A stretch of 64,000 nucleotides of DNA, taken from positions 55,986,001 to 56,050,000 of the forward strand of contig NC_043001.1 in NCBI RefSeq assembly GCF_006345805.1. The letters are read 5' to 3'. The DNA is from Octopus sinensis. Its lineage: Eukaryota. The notes below the pieces were generated by a model that worked only from the letters and a program-made list of their open reading frames with translations, searched no databases and was not told the origin of the DNA. Positions within the stretch are counted from its first letter, which is position 1. Each line of letters starts with the position of its first letter. Below are positions 11,947 to 25,472 of the stretch, piece by piece. Both the position numbers and the translations under genes were made by a program.

Positions 11947-12162
11947 GGCGAGCCGGTGGAATCGTTAGCACGCCGGCAAAATGCTTAGCAGCATTTCGTC
12001 CGTCTTTACGTTCTGAGTTCAAATTCTGCTAAGGTCAACCTAGCGTTTCATCCTTTCGGAATCGATAAAATAAGTATCATTTGAGGACTGACTGGGGTCG
12101 ATGTAATCGACTCAACCACTCGTCCGAACTTACTAGCCTTGTGCCAAAATACGAAACCAATA
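11947..12162 (+). mobile_element. SINE family B
   Basis: ggcgagccggtggaatcgttagcacgccgg..gttctgagttcaaattc..ggggtcgatgtaatcgact..ccttgtgcc. Confidence 0.85.
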
Positions 12163-12253
12163 TACAGTAACCCTTTTGAGGGATACAGGTGGAGAAGGTC
12201 TAAATGTCAGGCCAAACATGAGAGAGAGAGAAGAGTGAGAGAGAGAGAGAAAC

Positions 12254-12289
<36 letters not shown>

Positions 12290-12571
12290 TAGAGAGAGTC
12301 CAAACGGGATCACTCGATTTTCTTGAAATAGCTAAATTCTCCACAAAAACACACCATCTTAAAAAACAGCTGGGCACATACAAAATGTGCGTAATCTAAG
12401 ATGCACAGTTGATAAAAAAGGTGGATTGGTCGAGGTTTCGACGCCTTTGATCACAATCACCACCTTCATGACCACAAATGAACAGAAAAGTTAGAAATTG
12501 AACTTGTTAGAAATAGAAACCAAATCTTCCTCTAATCGTGTCTTATTGTCATAGAAGAAAAAACACAAAAT

Positions 12572-12910
12572 TGGTGGTTCTCAACCGGGGTCCATATGGT
12601 CTTTGAGGGTCGACGTACGACTTTTGGTGGTCCACGCAACAAAAGAATAAATTGGGGATCCACAATAGTATTTTAAGGGTCCCTGAAAAAAATTTTGCTT
12701 TAGATGTATGTATTGGTATGTATTGCAAGAAACAGCTCGGTTTCTTTAATATTTTACGTAGTTCAATCTACAGTTAACGTATGAAAAAAAAAAAGGAATT
12801 TTGAAAGAAGTTTCTATAAAACTAGCCTTTAAACATTGAATGGCTTTGGGTCCACCAGAACAAATAGTAATCCAAAGGGCCCGTAGATGAAAAATGGTTG
12901 AGAACCCCGC
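12572..12910. mobile_element. hAT (Charlie-like) MITE
   Basis: Termini (t)ggtggttctcaac / gttgagaacc; internal sequence homologous to 51946-52206 and 59652-59780. Confidence 0.75.
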
Positions 12911-13192
12911 ATTAGATAAAATAGACTTGGTTTCCCTGCTCGTATGGAAAAGAATGGTTGCTTTTTACAGCTGGAAAAGTTTTGATCATAAGCCTTGTTT
13001 GATTATTGCTAGCTTAGGGCTAAACAACAGCAACAGCTATCACCACATTGGACTTAAACCAATAGTACACAAGCCAGCTGCTGTCCATTACTAACTACCG
13101 TATTTATTCGGTTATTTTGCACCTTTCAATTAAAAAGACATGAGATAGGGGAGATAATGAGAAAGAGACAGGGAAAAGTAGAGAGAAGAGGG

Positions 13193-13242
<50 letters not shown>

Positions 13243-13488
13243 GTGGGAAGCATCGAATAAGGGAATGGTGTAAGGGCTGGAAAAAAGGTAGATTAAATCT
13301 ATATATAGAGAGAGTGTGGGGAAATGTGTTGGGGGAGCGTATATAAATAGCGTGCGAAAGCACAATCGTACTTGAGATGTTATGATTATTGCGGATACAA
13401 ATTTTGTGCGTCACTGTGTGTGTGTGTGTGTGAGTGTGTGTGTGTGAGTGTGTGTATGTATGCATGCGCGCTTTTATGTGTACGAGCG

Positions 13489-13547
<59 letters not shown>

Positions 13548-13884
13548 CTATCTATCTGTATGTCTGTCTATCGGTCTGATTGTACGTCTATCGGTCTGTC
13601 TGTCTGATTGTATGTCTGTCGGCTTGTTTGCCTGATTGTGTATCTGTCGATCTGCCTGTCCGTCTGGTTGTATGTCTGTTTGTTTATCTGTCTGTCGGTC
13701 GGTTTGGGAATCCACATGATCGGCGATGCATCGTTCAGTGTGCACATTACTAAGACGGCAACAAAAGTGCTGGCGACTGACTGGCTAAATTCCGAAATCA
13801 TTCAGATCACGAGTAAAAGGAAACCATGTTGCTCCCATGGAGAACATTCATACTCAGGCGCTTAAGTTACTGCTCCCAATTACG

Positions 13885-14640
13885 GTCGACACAAAGCTCA
13901 AATTAGCGACAGAACTCAAGGGAATCCAACGCCACTCCATCAAAAAGATTGCCTCAGTGCAACAGAGAGAGGTTTAAAAGAGCTGAGGTTCTATTCACTG
14001 GAGAGAGAGAGAGCGCGAAATGTATGCAGTGATATATACATAGAACAGTGCTCTGCAACAAGTATGCCGCGGCACACTGATGTGCCACGAGACAATGCTA
14101 GATTTACCGCAGTGTAACCTGAATATAATTTTTTCCTCAATACTTTTAGTTATATTTTTACTTCATGTGTGCCCCCGAATTTTGAAAAGCACTCACATAG
14201 AAAGTGAAAAAAGCACTCACATAGAAGACCCTGGAAAGTCCAGCACCCAGCTTTGGAAAAATAGCTATACCAATCACCGAAGTAGACATCACTGCATACT
14301 GCCAAATATCTCGCCATCTCCGACCAGCTTAGGGTTCAAATTCCCACAACTTTTTAATACATTCTTAAAAGCTCTCAGAGATCTACGAGGCGTAGATGTG
14401 GATGTGTTAAAACAACAAATGAACAAATTTTTATCTGATATACCAGATGAACTAACGTCACGGCAGGAAACGGAAAATAGGGCAGGTCTGTCCAACACAC
14501 TACTTCATCAGGACCAATTCCGGAGACGGGAACAATTCCGGAGACGGGACAGGGAAGTGAGTCTAAAATAAACAAGCACTAGCGCTGATGGCGGTGCCCC
14601 AGCATGGATACGGCCTCTTGCTGGAACTAATAATAGAATA
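13885..14640 (+). mobile_element. CR1-group LINE 3' fragment (decayed ORF2 C-terminus + tail), interrupted by a MITE
   Basis: Translates ELKGIQRHSIKKIASVQ..LKELRFYSLER..YAVIYT*K, then SLGFKFPQLFNTFLKALRDL..FLSDIPDE, matching the CR1-type LE.VQRR.TK.I / L.SLE.RR / LFN.LP..R post-RT motifs. Confidence 0.75.
14046..14218. mobile_element. Short hAT-like MITE with 8-bp TSD ACATAGAA and a duplicated right end
   Basis: Left end CAGTGCTC, right end GAAAAGCACTC. ACATAGAA occurs at 14038-14045, 14195-14202 and 14219-14226. Removing the insert rejoins the LINE frame. Confidence 0.75.
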
Positions 14641-14940
14641 ATAGAGTACTAGCGTATTACTTGTTAAAAATACATGAGTATGGAATAGTAAAATTGAGTT
14701 AGTAAGACTTGATCATTGTGATCTAGACAGAACTACCCTCATGGTAGAAGTAAGTGTATTCAGATTAGAGAACGGAAGAAAGAAAGAAAGAGAGAATGTA
14801 GAGAGGAAGAGAGAGAAGAGGAGAGAGAGAGAGGGAAAGAGTTGTTTGCTATTATTTAACTATTCTTTTGCTCTATCTTAATAGTGATTTCAAATTTTGA
14901 CACAAGGCCAGTATTTTGGGGGAGGGAGTAAGTCGTTTAC

Positions 14941-15067
14941 AAATTCACTCACAAAGCTTTGGTCGGCCTGAGCCTATATTAGAAGACACTTGTCTAAGGT
15001 GCCACGCAGTGTGACTGAGCCCGGAATTTTATGGTTGCGAAGCAAGCTTCTTACCACACACCCATGC
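14941..15067 (-). mobile_element. SINE family A 5' part
   Basis: Reverse complement of the family A head. Confidence 0.8.
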
Positions 15068-15935
15068 ACAGGCCTATTTATATTATATGATATTATATAT
15101 ATATATATATGTATATGATGTTTCAGAGTGAAAGGGAGGCAGTATCCATAAAACGATTATTATTATCATTATTATTATTAGTAATTAATTGAATTAGTTA
15201 AGTAACGTAAAAAATATGGTATTTAGTTTTGTTAGTTTACGCTTTAAATTCAGATCTCACCAATATCAGGTTTGCTTTTTCTCTTTCAATGGTGATAAGA
15301 TAAAGTACCAGTCATGTACAGAAGTCGATACAATCTGTTCCCTATCCTAAAATCTGTGTTCTTTTTTTGTAATCGAGAGTTAGCCATTATTAGCACATTC
15401 GCGTCGCTGAAGACCGAATCCTTGAATTCACTTGTATCACATTCACCCTTTCTCTATTTGGACCTTTTTAAATTGCAGTTAATGGCCGTAGATAATGAAA
15501 GTAAGTGTTTTATATATAAAGAAGACAATGCGAGTGAATAATGTCAACTGTCTCACACAAGCAATCAATCGGACTAACCGAGAATGAAGATTTTTCAATA
15601 TTAGGCCCAGGGACGGAACACAGAAATAGGCGCATATTGAAATCAACATGTTGGGCCGTCAAACTTACGTTGCAACCACTTAGCTATTGAGATTCTGCTA
15701 ACATTCACTCATACTATTAAATTTGAATATTTCAATCTAAATGAGCCAATGTATACATACATACATCATTTATATATGTGTGTGTATGTGTGTGTGTGTA
15801 TGTATGTATGTATGTATGTATGTATACATATATATACATATATATACATACACACATACAAACATATATATATATGTATAAATATATATACTCATATATA
15901 TGTTACGTTTTGTGATGTCCTGTACCCATATATGC

Positions 15936-16005
<70 letters not shown>

Positions 16006-16044
16006 AAGTATGTATATATGCATATATATATTTTATTTGTATTA

Positions 16045-16099
<55 letters not shown>

Positions 16100-16859
16100 T
16101 AAATATACACTTATTCACTGCATACAAACACTCACATATACATGCACAAGTACATACATACATACATACATACATACATACATACATACATACATACATA
16201 CATACGTACTTGCATGCATACACACGCACACACATACTTAAGCTAAAAGTTCACACCTAACCGCTTTCAGTGTTTGTAACAAAATTCAAAAACCCTTCTT
16301 CTCAGGAATTAACTAAATTTATGACAAAGCATGACTTTAGGGTAAAACAAGATGGAAATTGCTCTCTGCCTATTTTATAAATCTAATCAAATCTAACGTA
16401 ACAGTAGAACTATCAAACATGGCTGCTGAGAAACTGCTAGCTGTAAAAGGCTGCATTAAATTTAGCAACTGTTTAGCAACGTTTGTGGTGATTTTCGACA
16501 GTTAAAATAATCACCAGTTTCTCTTGAGATCCATATAGCAATTAACTAAAACTGACTACGGCTTGCTAAATAAATTAATGAGAATTTCTAGAAAAGATCA
16601 CCTGAGGTGTTTCACCATTTCACAGTCAATAATCGCTCATCTTACGATAATCCTTGAATGAATAAAGTGTTCCCTCATCGAATGTCTTACCCGTTGGGGA
16701 GAAAGCTACATTTTCCAGCACTCCCCATCCGACGTTTCACACTATATCACCCTGTTACAGTTCGCTTGTCTTCTTCTGCAATCGCACGCTTTAGCACTGC
16801 TTTTATTTCTAATAGGGTTACTACCACACAAACAGCATTAACACCCCTACCGCTCCTCA

Positions 16860-17225
16860 CCATTACCAACTATGACCATCATCCGTGCTACTAACATGGT
16901 TACTACCATGAAACAGTATCAATGCAACCGCTATTCATCATCACTAACAGATTCCTCCATCACCCCTACCATAACCACCTACTTCCCGTACTACTTACAC
17001 TGTTACTATCGTCAAGGGCAGTACCACCACCACCACAACCACCACCACCACCACCACCACCACCACTACTACTATTACTACTACTACTACCGCCAGTTGC
17101 AAAGCAGCAATACCATTATGATCATAACTCACTAACACTATCACTTAACCGTATTATTACTACTACTTTGGCTTATAACTTCCATCGCTACAGTCACCAC
17201 TAGTCACCACCAGCACCACCAGTGC
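16860..17225. repeat. Degenerate (ACC)/(ACT) trinucleotide tract
   Basis: Imperfect CAC/TAC runs; explains the poly-H, poly-P and poly-Y ORFs. Confidence 0.8.
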
Positions 17226-17281
17226 TCACTATCTCAAACAAATACTCCAGTAGAATCACAATTAAAAGTAATTGAATTGAA

Positions 17282-17500
17282 GGCAGTGAACTAGCGGAAT
17301 CGTAATCACACCGGTGAAAAAAAAATGTTTAGCGGCATTTCTTCCGACTTTACGTTCGGAGTTCAAGTACTGCGGGATCGACTTTGCCTTTCGCCCTTTC
17401 GAGGTAGATAAAATAATTACCAATTGGATACTGGGACAATGTAACTGATTTACCCCCGCCCCCGAAATTGCTGGCCTTGTCCCAAAATTTGAAATCAATA
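17282..17500 (+). mobile_element. SINE family B
   Basis: Same head, core and tail blocks as 59807-60022. Confidence 0.8.
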
Positions 17501-18142
17501 GCAGTTGAATTCAGTTTAATATTTTATTGGGAGCTGCAGCCCATTAATTACTGTAAGGCCTACAAAGCTCGATGCTGGGAGTTCGAACAAGTCCTGACTC
17601 ATGGGTTATGGAGAAGCTCATAAAGATATTGAGAATGGAGATATTGAAAAGGATTTTAGTTGACTTCAAGGCTGTCATAGAAGCCGCTCACCTGAAATGC
17701 CACGCAGTAGGGTCCAGGGGCACGGGAACAGGGGATGCGTAGGGAGCAAGTGCACCCCCTAATGTCTGCTGGTGGTGGTGGTGGTGGTTGTAGTGGGGTA
17801 ATGAAAACGCTTTGAACATCCTGGGTTGGATCTGTGCTTGCACCCGCTAAGCAAATTTCGTTACTGCCCTAATGTTGATATTAAAAAGATATTTTTGAAG
17901 CGTAACTTCTTAACTACATAGCCTCACCTATAATAATAGATAATAAGAAAAAGAATAAGGGACAGATGAAATTATTGTAACCTTCTTTCGCTGGAAGGTC
18001 ACAAATGAAAATAAGGGAAAACTGAATTAATGAGAAATGTTTATGTGGTCAGTCAGTATGCTAGAAATAACAACGAAATTTTCTCTTAAGTCACACTACG
18101 TACTTTAATAAGAAAGGACATATTAGATAATTCTGTTTAGGT

Positions 18143-18358
18143 TTCTAATTTTTAGTACAATGCTAGCAATTTTGAGGCGGAGGGTGGGGTTGGCAATCGA
18201 TTATATCGACCTCTGTACTTGACTGGTATTTTATATACTCCACGAAAGAAGGAAAAGCAACATTGACGTCGTTGTGATTTGAACTCAGAACGCAGAAAAA
18301 GGGAGAAATACCACCTAGCATTTCGTTCGGCACGTTAACGGCTTTTGCCAGCTCATTG
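18143..18358 (-). mobile_element. SINE family B
   Basis: Reverse complement of the family B blocks. Confidence 0.75.
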
Positions 18359-19507
18359 CATTGAGAAGAAAACCGCAAAATAAAACACCTCTAAATTATT
18401 CAGGGACGCCATCCGCATGAATGACAAAATAGTCAGAGTTGGAATGCCTTCGATAATAAATAGGTTTGCCAGGTTAGACCTGACCTAAGGTTAAGCAACA
18501 ACAAAAGAAAAATATAACAGAGATGCGGGAATGAATTTTGACTCTACTTCATCAGGAGGCAAAACGAGGCAAGACATCACTTCAAATTTTTATTCCGCTT
18601 CAGTGGTTACTGATACAGATACCATGACCAGTTACCAATTCTTGCTAGTACAAACACTAAAACTACCAATTTCATTGACAATGCCATTATATTTAATAAA
18701 TCAATAACACATAGAATCAAATCCCTGATTGTTCAGGCCTCCCCTTTCTACTTTGAACACTTTTACGGTAGCAGTCGCTGCTAAAGTAGAAGTAATTGTA
18801 GTAGTGGTGGTGGTGGTGGTGGTGCAAGAATTTGATGTAATAGCGTGCCTGTGGTGTAGGATGCAGCTGTTGTTGTTGTTGTTGAGCTTCAGGTCGGGTG
18901 TGATCTACTGCTACCAGCTCGAGCGACAATGTAAATTATGCTGAGTGTTTCTTCTCCTTGTTGTTGCCATTTAGCCTCAAGTTAAATTCACTCGAACAGA
19001 CCTATGATCAAAGATGTTCTAGCTGTGACTATTCCGTTTATGTATTTTTGTTTCTGGCACAATCTACCTAAGAATACGCTATTATCCAATCTACCTTACC
19101 TTTTATTAAGACAGCGGCAGGTCGCAATTTGAGGGAGATTTGACTTTGATTTCTAACAGGCTGAAAAGGTCGACCGACCGATCGCATAGACACTCCGTTT
19201 AATACATGGGTTAATTTGGGAGCAGATATCAAACCTAACTGCCGATCCTTCGTCAAAATTAATTAAGAAGTTAATTAAGCTAGTTTGTCCCCTTACATCC
19301 CTTTATACGTCAGCTTCCTTTCCTACCTGGGGCCATTATACTTCAGCTTTGTATTACCACAATAATGATGCCTTTAACATGAAATTAGTTAATATAACAT
19401 TGTTGATATCAGGAAACCCTTAAAAACAAGTTTTTCACCAAATTAATTGATTCTTTTACTTTCACAATCCCTTCTCTTCTAGCTTCTCTTGCGTTTGTTC
19501 CTTTGGT

Positions 19508-19570
<63 letters not shown>

Positions 19571-19571
19571 G

Positions 19572-19755
19572 ATTCAAATTTTGCCATAAGGCACCAGGGC
19601 AGGGGACTAGTCATTTACATCAACCCCAGTGCTCAATAGGTACTTATTTTATCGACCCCAAAAGGATGAAAAGTAAAGTCGACCTGGTGGAATTTGAGGT
19701 CAGAACGTACCGTTACGCATTTCGTCCAGCATGCTAACCATCCAGCCAGCTCGTT
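19572..19755 (-). mobile_element. SINE family B with (AAT)n tract at its 3' side (19509-19570)
   Basis: ttttatcgaccccaaaaggatgaaaagtaaagtcgacc..atttgaggtcagaacg..atgctaacc..ccagctcg. Confidence 0.8.
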
Positions 19756-20547
19756 AGACCGTGGGAAAAATATCTTGCAATATTTGTCCTGACTCTTTAT
19801 ACTTGTGATTTCATGTCTCGGCGCTGTCAGCTTTGCTTTTTATTCTTTTGGGTGGGTTGGGGGGAGGGTCGATAAAATAAAGTACCATTTAAGTTGAGAG
19901 ATTGATATAGTTGATTGTCTCCGTCCCGCCAATATTTTTTTACCTACGTAAGAAATTATCATCGTTTTGATCATTATTTTGCCGAAAATTGCTTTGTATT
20001 TCATCCTGTCGGGTGTTGATAAAATAAATTACCATTTAAGTACTGGAGTAGATTTAATCGCCTGTTCCCTCCCACAAAATGTGTGACTGCTGTGTCTATG
20101 TTAGAAATCTATATTATAAGGGCTGTGGAAGGCACAACTGGTAAAGGGACAGATTAATTGCCTTGCAGTGTATCGATTATATCGACCCGATACTTGACTG
20201 GCACTTTGTTTTATCGATCCTGCAAGGATGAAAGCAAACTTGACCCGCGCGGAATTTGAACTCAAAGCATCAACCGAAAGTCATAATTAAATGTCACACG
20301 TCATTTTGTTGGCCGTCATTTTGTATAAGCCATCGCCATAAGAGTTAAAACGAGTAATAATCATTTTGTAATCTGATTTCAAATCCCACATAAGACGGCT
20401 TTGACTTTCATCCTTCGAGAGTCGATAAAATGAACACCAGTGGAAAATTTAGGTAGATATAATCGATAATATCCACCCCCACCGCCAAACGTGTGGTTTT
20501 CTGACTACAACAATATGGCGGTGAATCAATTCCAAATTTTAACGTCA

Positions 20548-20704
20548 GGCATGGCAGTGTGGTTAAGAAGTTCGCCTCGCAACTATGTGGTTTTGTGTTT
20601 GATCCCACTGAATAGCATTTCGAGCAAATGTCTACTCTCATAGCCTCGGTTCTGAATTACGTTTGTTCGTTGACATTCGGTAAGTGGAAACTACATAGAA
20701 ACTG
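20548..20704 (+). mobile_element. SINE family A 5' part (degenerate)
   Basis: ggcatggcagtgtggttaagaagttcgcctcgcaac head. Confidence 0.7.
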
Positions 20705-21252
20705 ACTGAGTGGATCGGTTCCAGTTTTAGTGAGGTAAGAGGCACGAATACTCGCAAAAGTGGATTCTATTTCAGGCACACATAACCTAGATGCTGCAAG
20801 TATTCGGGCCAACTCTCTTGTCGGTAGATAATTTCCTCTTTTCTGCCACTAATCTCAGAGACCCAGGAATGCTTTCTTTGAGATTCTGAGTAATCCATTG
20901 CATAAATTGTCCCACTTTGTAGAAAGGATCTCAAATAAATCTATAACTCAAAAATATTTGATTCTGCTGTAAACATTTACAATAATTTAATTCAGCTTCT
21001 CTGACCTTTTGATATAAATACACAGAAACACAGATGTAGTAGTCACCTTGCCAGCTGATAGAAAACAAATATCCTTTCTTAGAATGAACTAAATTTTTTT
21101 TTTGTGAAATTAATCCTTAATTGCTTGTAATTATCTGAGATTTTGTTCTCTTTTCCTCCGATTAAAAAGCAAATTCGAATTCACAGAATATTTCTGTTAC
21201 ACCATTCAGCACATCGCCACCAGTTCCAAATGCAATGAACTGGTCTGTTATT

Positions 21253-21381
21253 CAGTTCTATATTAAAGAGATGAGGAATTATTTACATTATTTACATTCG
21301 ACGGATATTTGTCCTCATCTTGTTTGTTGTTAACAACAAAGATGAGGATAAATATCTGTCGAATGTAAAAAATGTAAATAA
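21253..21381. mobile_element. 129-bp self-inverted insertion with 12-bp TSD (probable Penelope-type tail)
   Basis: TGGTCTGTTATT at 21241-21252 and 21382-21393; palindrome 21279-21381 centred at 21331/21332. Confidence 0.7.
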
Positions 21382-21954
21382 TGGTCTGTTATTGTTGTTA
21401 TTTTACCCAAATATCGTTATGATCAAAAAGACTTATGTTCAAAGGCTGTTCAGCCATAACCGTCCAGTGTTATTTTCAAATAAAATGCATACAGATCTGC
21501 ATTACACGTCATCTCTTTATCCTTCTATTTCTTTTAAAAGATAGTTGACTCGACGTGGTGTACTTGGTGCAGGACGTTGCAAACATAGTTGCGGATGAAG
21601 CACGGTGAGATTAAATCTGTTGAAAGGCGTTGCACTGATTTTTTATTTTTGTTTTCTGCGTAAAACGTTTTATACTACAGAAATTAGCTCCGTATCACAA
21701 GAGAATGACAACTGGGTATTGACTGGTAGTCAATCCAGAGCAACGGAAGACTTTATCTCTTATCCACTTAACGGCATGGAATCATAACCTGCACTTAAAA
21801 GGACTAGCACTTGAAAGTCCCTTGGAATTTGGAAGCGTATACATTTGTTTTACATATCTCATAGGGACTTCAAGTGCGATAAAATCTACAATATTGTCCT
21901 CAATTGCCCCTGCCATATTTTCTCTCCCCATTTCCACTACCATATATGTGTGCG

Positions 21955-22233
<279 letters not shown>

Positions 22234-22399
22234 TCATATACATACTTACACTTACACACACAGAGGCACAGATGTCAAACACCAGTCAAACTCTCTCAAC
22301 TATCATCATATAGCAATAAACTATCCAGGGATACTCAGTTCAAAGCAATAACGAGATGGTCATCACTGATTGTAGATGATCATGGTGCTACTGTTGGTC

Positions 22400-23065
22400 T
22401 TGTTATTGTTGTTGCTTAACCCCGAGTCAACCCTGATAGAATAAACCTGTGATCAAAATTTTCAGACACAAGTTATCCAATGTATGCATTTTTTAAAGAC
22501 AACAAGGTATGAATTGAAGGACATTTGTCTGCTATATCTAGACTGTTGGACGGGTACGTAGAGGCTGCTTCAATTGCCAGAATTATGTAAGTTCGTTGCT
22601 TTTGTTGTTGTTTAGCATCAGGTCAACCGTGACTGATCAAACACATTCCAGCCATGACCATTCCATCTTTTTGCATACCAAGAATATTGATCAATATATA
22701 CGTCGTTGTTCAAGACAGCAGGATGAAGGAGATTTGGCGATTATTTCTACTAAATTGAGCGACCACATCGAGAAATACCTTCCTTTATTTGAAGAAAATA
22801 GGGTTTAGTGGCGGTTGTGGGTTGTTATTGTTGTGCTGGTGGTGGATGTGGTCGTGGGGAAAGGTGGTAATTCTGGTGAGAGTAATTTAGTTAAGTTCTA
22901 GAACAAACTAAATCGAACAGACCTATCTTTAGAGACCTTCTAGCCATCACCGTTTTGTCTTCTTAGGCATTCTATACCGTCGGAATATATTACCGAACAT
23001 TCATTTAATTTTCAAACAATGGTTAGGTGTGATTTGAAAAAATTTTGGGTGCTATTTTTGGCAGG
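22400..23065 (-). mobile_element. Cluster of three family D copies
   Basis: Repeated ttag..caggtcaacc.tga..gatcaaa and gatttggc.attatttct blocks. Confidence 0.6.
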
Positions 23066-23088
23066 GTAGAGGTGCATGGCTTAGTGGT

Positions 23089-23300
23089 TAGAGCGTAAGA
23101 TCGTGGTTTCATATCCTGGATCGGGTGATGCGCTGTGTTCTTGAGCAAACACTTCATTTCACGTAGTTCCAGTACACTCATCTGGCAAAGATGAGTAATC
23201 CTGCGATGGATCGGCCTCTCGTTCGGGTGGATGGGTAAATATAAACGCCACAGAATCCGGAAAACCGGCATTATAAGCGTATCTGTGAAGTGCTCAACCA
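23089..23300 (+). mobile_element. SINE family C
   Basis: ggtgcatggcttagtggttagagcg..tgtgttcttgagcaaacacttcatttcacg. Confidence 0.7.
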
Positions 23301-23750
23301 GACGCACGTCAATTTCGCGAGTAGGTGGCTCAGTTGGTCGGATCAACTGGAACCCTTGTTGTCATACCTGATGGAGAACCAGTTTTATCCAATATAAACA
23401 AAGCAGGAAACATTACATAGCGCAGATTCATACAGCTCTAAAAAGAAAGAGTGGTCACGCTTGGAATACCTTTTATCATAAGCTTGCTGGTTCGAGCTGA
23501 TATGGAGTTTAAGTAAACACGAAAATAGCAGCTTTAGTAGTAACCAACACAGATGTTTCTATAGATAATATTGAGCCTACAGATGGCGTCTATTCTGGCG
23601 TCTAAAATGGCGTCTTCCAGTGGTCTATTTGACAAAAGACAGCATTGGCAGCGATGATATTTCAAACGAATAAGAGTATATGATAAAACAAAAACAAGGA
23701 CGACGACAATGATGATGATGATGATGATGGTGGTGATGTTAATAATCATG

Positions 23751-23813
<63 letters not shown>

Positions 23814-24347
23814 GTCCCATGTTAGTTTAGTCAGAAACCAAGCCCTTGAATATTTCCAGAGACCAAAGCAGATAAATCAATTTAAATGATTTTCATGTTA
23901 TTGAAGAGAATTTATACTTTTGGCTGGCAGCTAAAGAATAGCTTGAACAGTAGCCGTGTTTAATGAGGCATGAAGGCACCCACATCCATCGTCATACACC
24001 CACTCGAAATCTTTCGCAACCCCACCTGCTCACGTCACACTAAACAAAGCCCAGCGACAAAATATTACTCTCGTGATTCATGGGTAAATCACCAAATAAT
24101 ATAATTATAAAAGAAATAAAATAAAATAGAAAAAGAAATAGGAACTCTTCCCACCCAAAACAAAAAACAAAAAAGAAGAAAACGAGATCCCACCCACTCC
24201 ACCTGACCCTTCATCGCAAACCCTTACTAAAATAACAACAAAAGAAAATGCAGAGAAAAACGCTCGTGTGTCCCATAGTCACATGAACGCATGGAACATT
24301 GAGGTACATAAACACACATAATTGTCGTGCGTGGTGTATGTGTGTGA

Positions 24348-24380
<33 letters not shown>

Positions 24381-24447
24381 CATAATTTAATAGAAACTGA
24401 AACGCCAGACACGACTGTTTTTCGTCTTTTGGGCTCATCAAGCAGTA

Positions 24448-24487
<40 letters not shown>

Positions 24488-24650
24488 TTTATGTATGTAT
24501 GCATGTATGTATGAATGTATGTATGAATGTATGTATGTATGAATGTATGTGTGTGTATTTGTGTGTGTGTATATGTGTGTGTGAGTGCGCGTGTGCGTGT
24601 TTTTCTCGCACCGCTCACTATTTCCCTCACCTTCAATTCATTTTCTCGCG

Positions 24651-24697
24651 TTCTCTTTTTCTGATGAAGGACTTACGTTCGAAACCTTAAAACAAAC
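24651..24697 (+). ncRNA. Degenerate minimal hammerhead motif (Penelope-type)
   Basis: CTGATGA 24661-24667, GGAC/GTTC stem, GAAA 24681-24684, T-tract/A-tract stem I. Stem III reads ACCT instead of the palindrome ACGT. Confidence 0.45.
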
Positions 24698-25472
24698 TTT
24701 TATTTCTTTGAACGTTAACTTAATATATTAACTGTTTCCTTGTTATTTTGTATAGTTTTTTTCCACTTATTGCATACATGCATGTATGTTTGCACATATG
24801 TTTGCATATATGTGTGCAAATGTAATTATGCCACCTCGAGAATCAAACACTTGAAAAAAAAATCATAATTTGAAATTAGTTTTTTTTTTTTTTCCACTGT
24901 TCTCTATACACTTTCAACAACATGGTTTATAATTTCAAAATAACTTAGAAATTCCCCGGGTACTGAACGTGTGCGTCATGAACACAAATAGATGTTTTCC
25001 GATGACGAAAAACAACAACGATTAGATATTCGTGTTCGAACCTACCAGAACGTATTAAAAATGAATAAATATGTTTGGTTTCTCACTGTTCTCCATGCAC
25101 ATTATGAACTATTATATAAATTTTCCTTTATTCTTTTAGTGGTTACAAGTCATTGGACACACGGTCATACTGATCGAGTTTCCTCGATCATATCGCTCCC
25201 AGTTTTTATTTCAGTCTGATTTCCATTGCCGGACCGCCAAGTCACGGAACTTTAAGGAAACATAATTATGGATATGGAGACAGACACATATATATATACG
25301 TACTTGTGTATGCGAGTGTCTACATTTTTGTGTGTGTGTGTGTGTGTGTTATCGTTAAAGGCGTGAAATTGTAAGGATTTTTGGGATGATAACTGACGCA
25401 GAATGGGCAATGTCCCGTCTCACGTACGGATTTTCCGTTTGGTCCTTCGTTGTGTTTTTGTTTAAATTTGGG

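Noticed and set aside
17715-17872. Possible Harbinger-like MITE
   Set aside because: Terminal inverted repeats too degenerate to support.
20705-21240. Complex unique segment that looked like a coding or transposase fragment
   Set aside because: Stops in the frames I translated, no recognisable motif and no convincing splice pair; a translated search would be needed.
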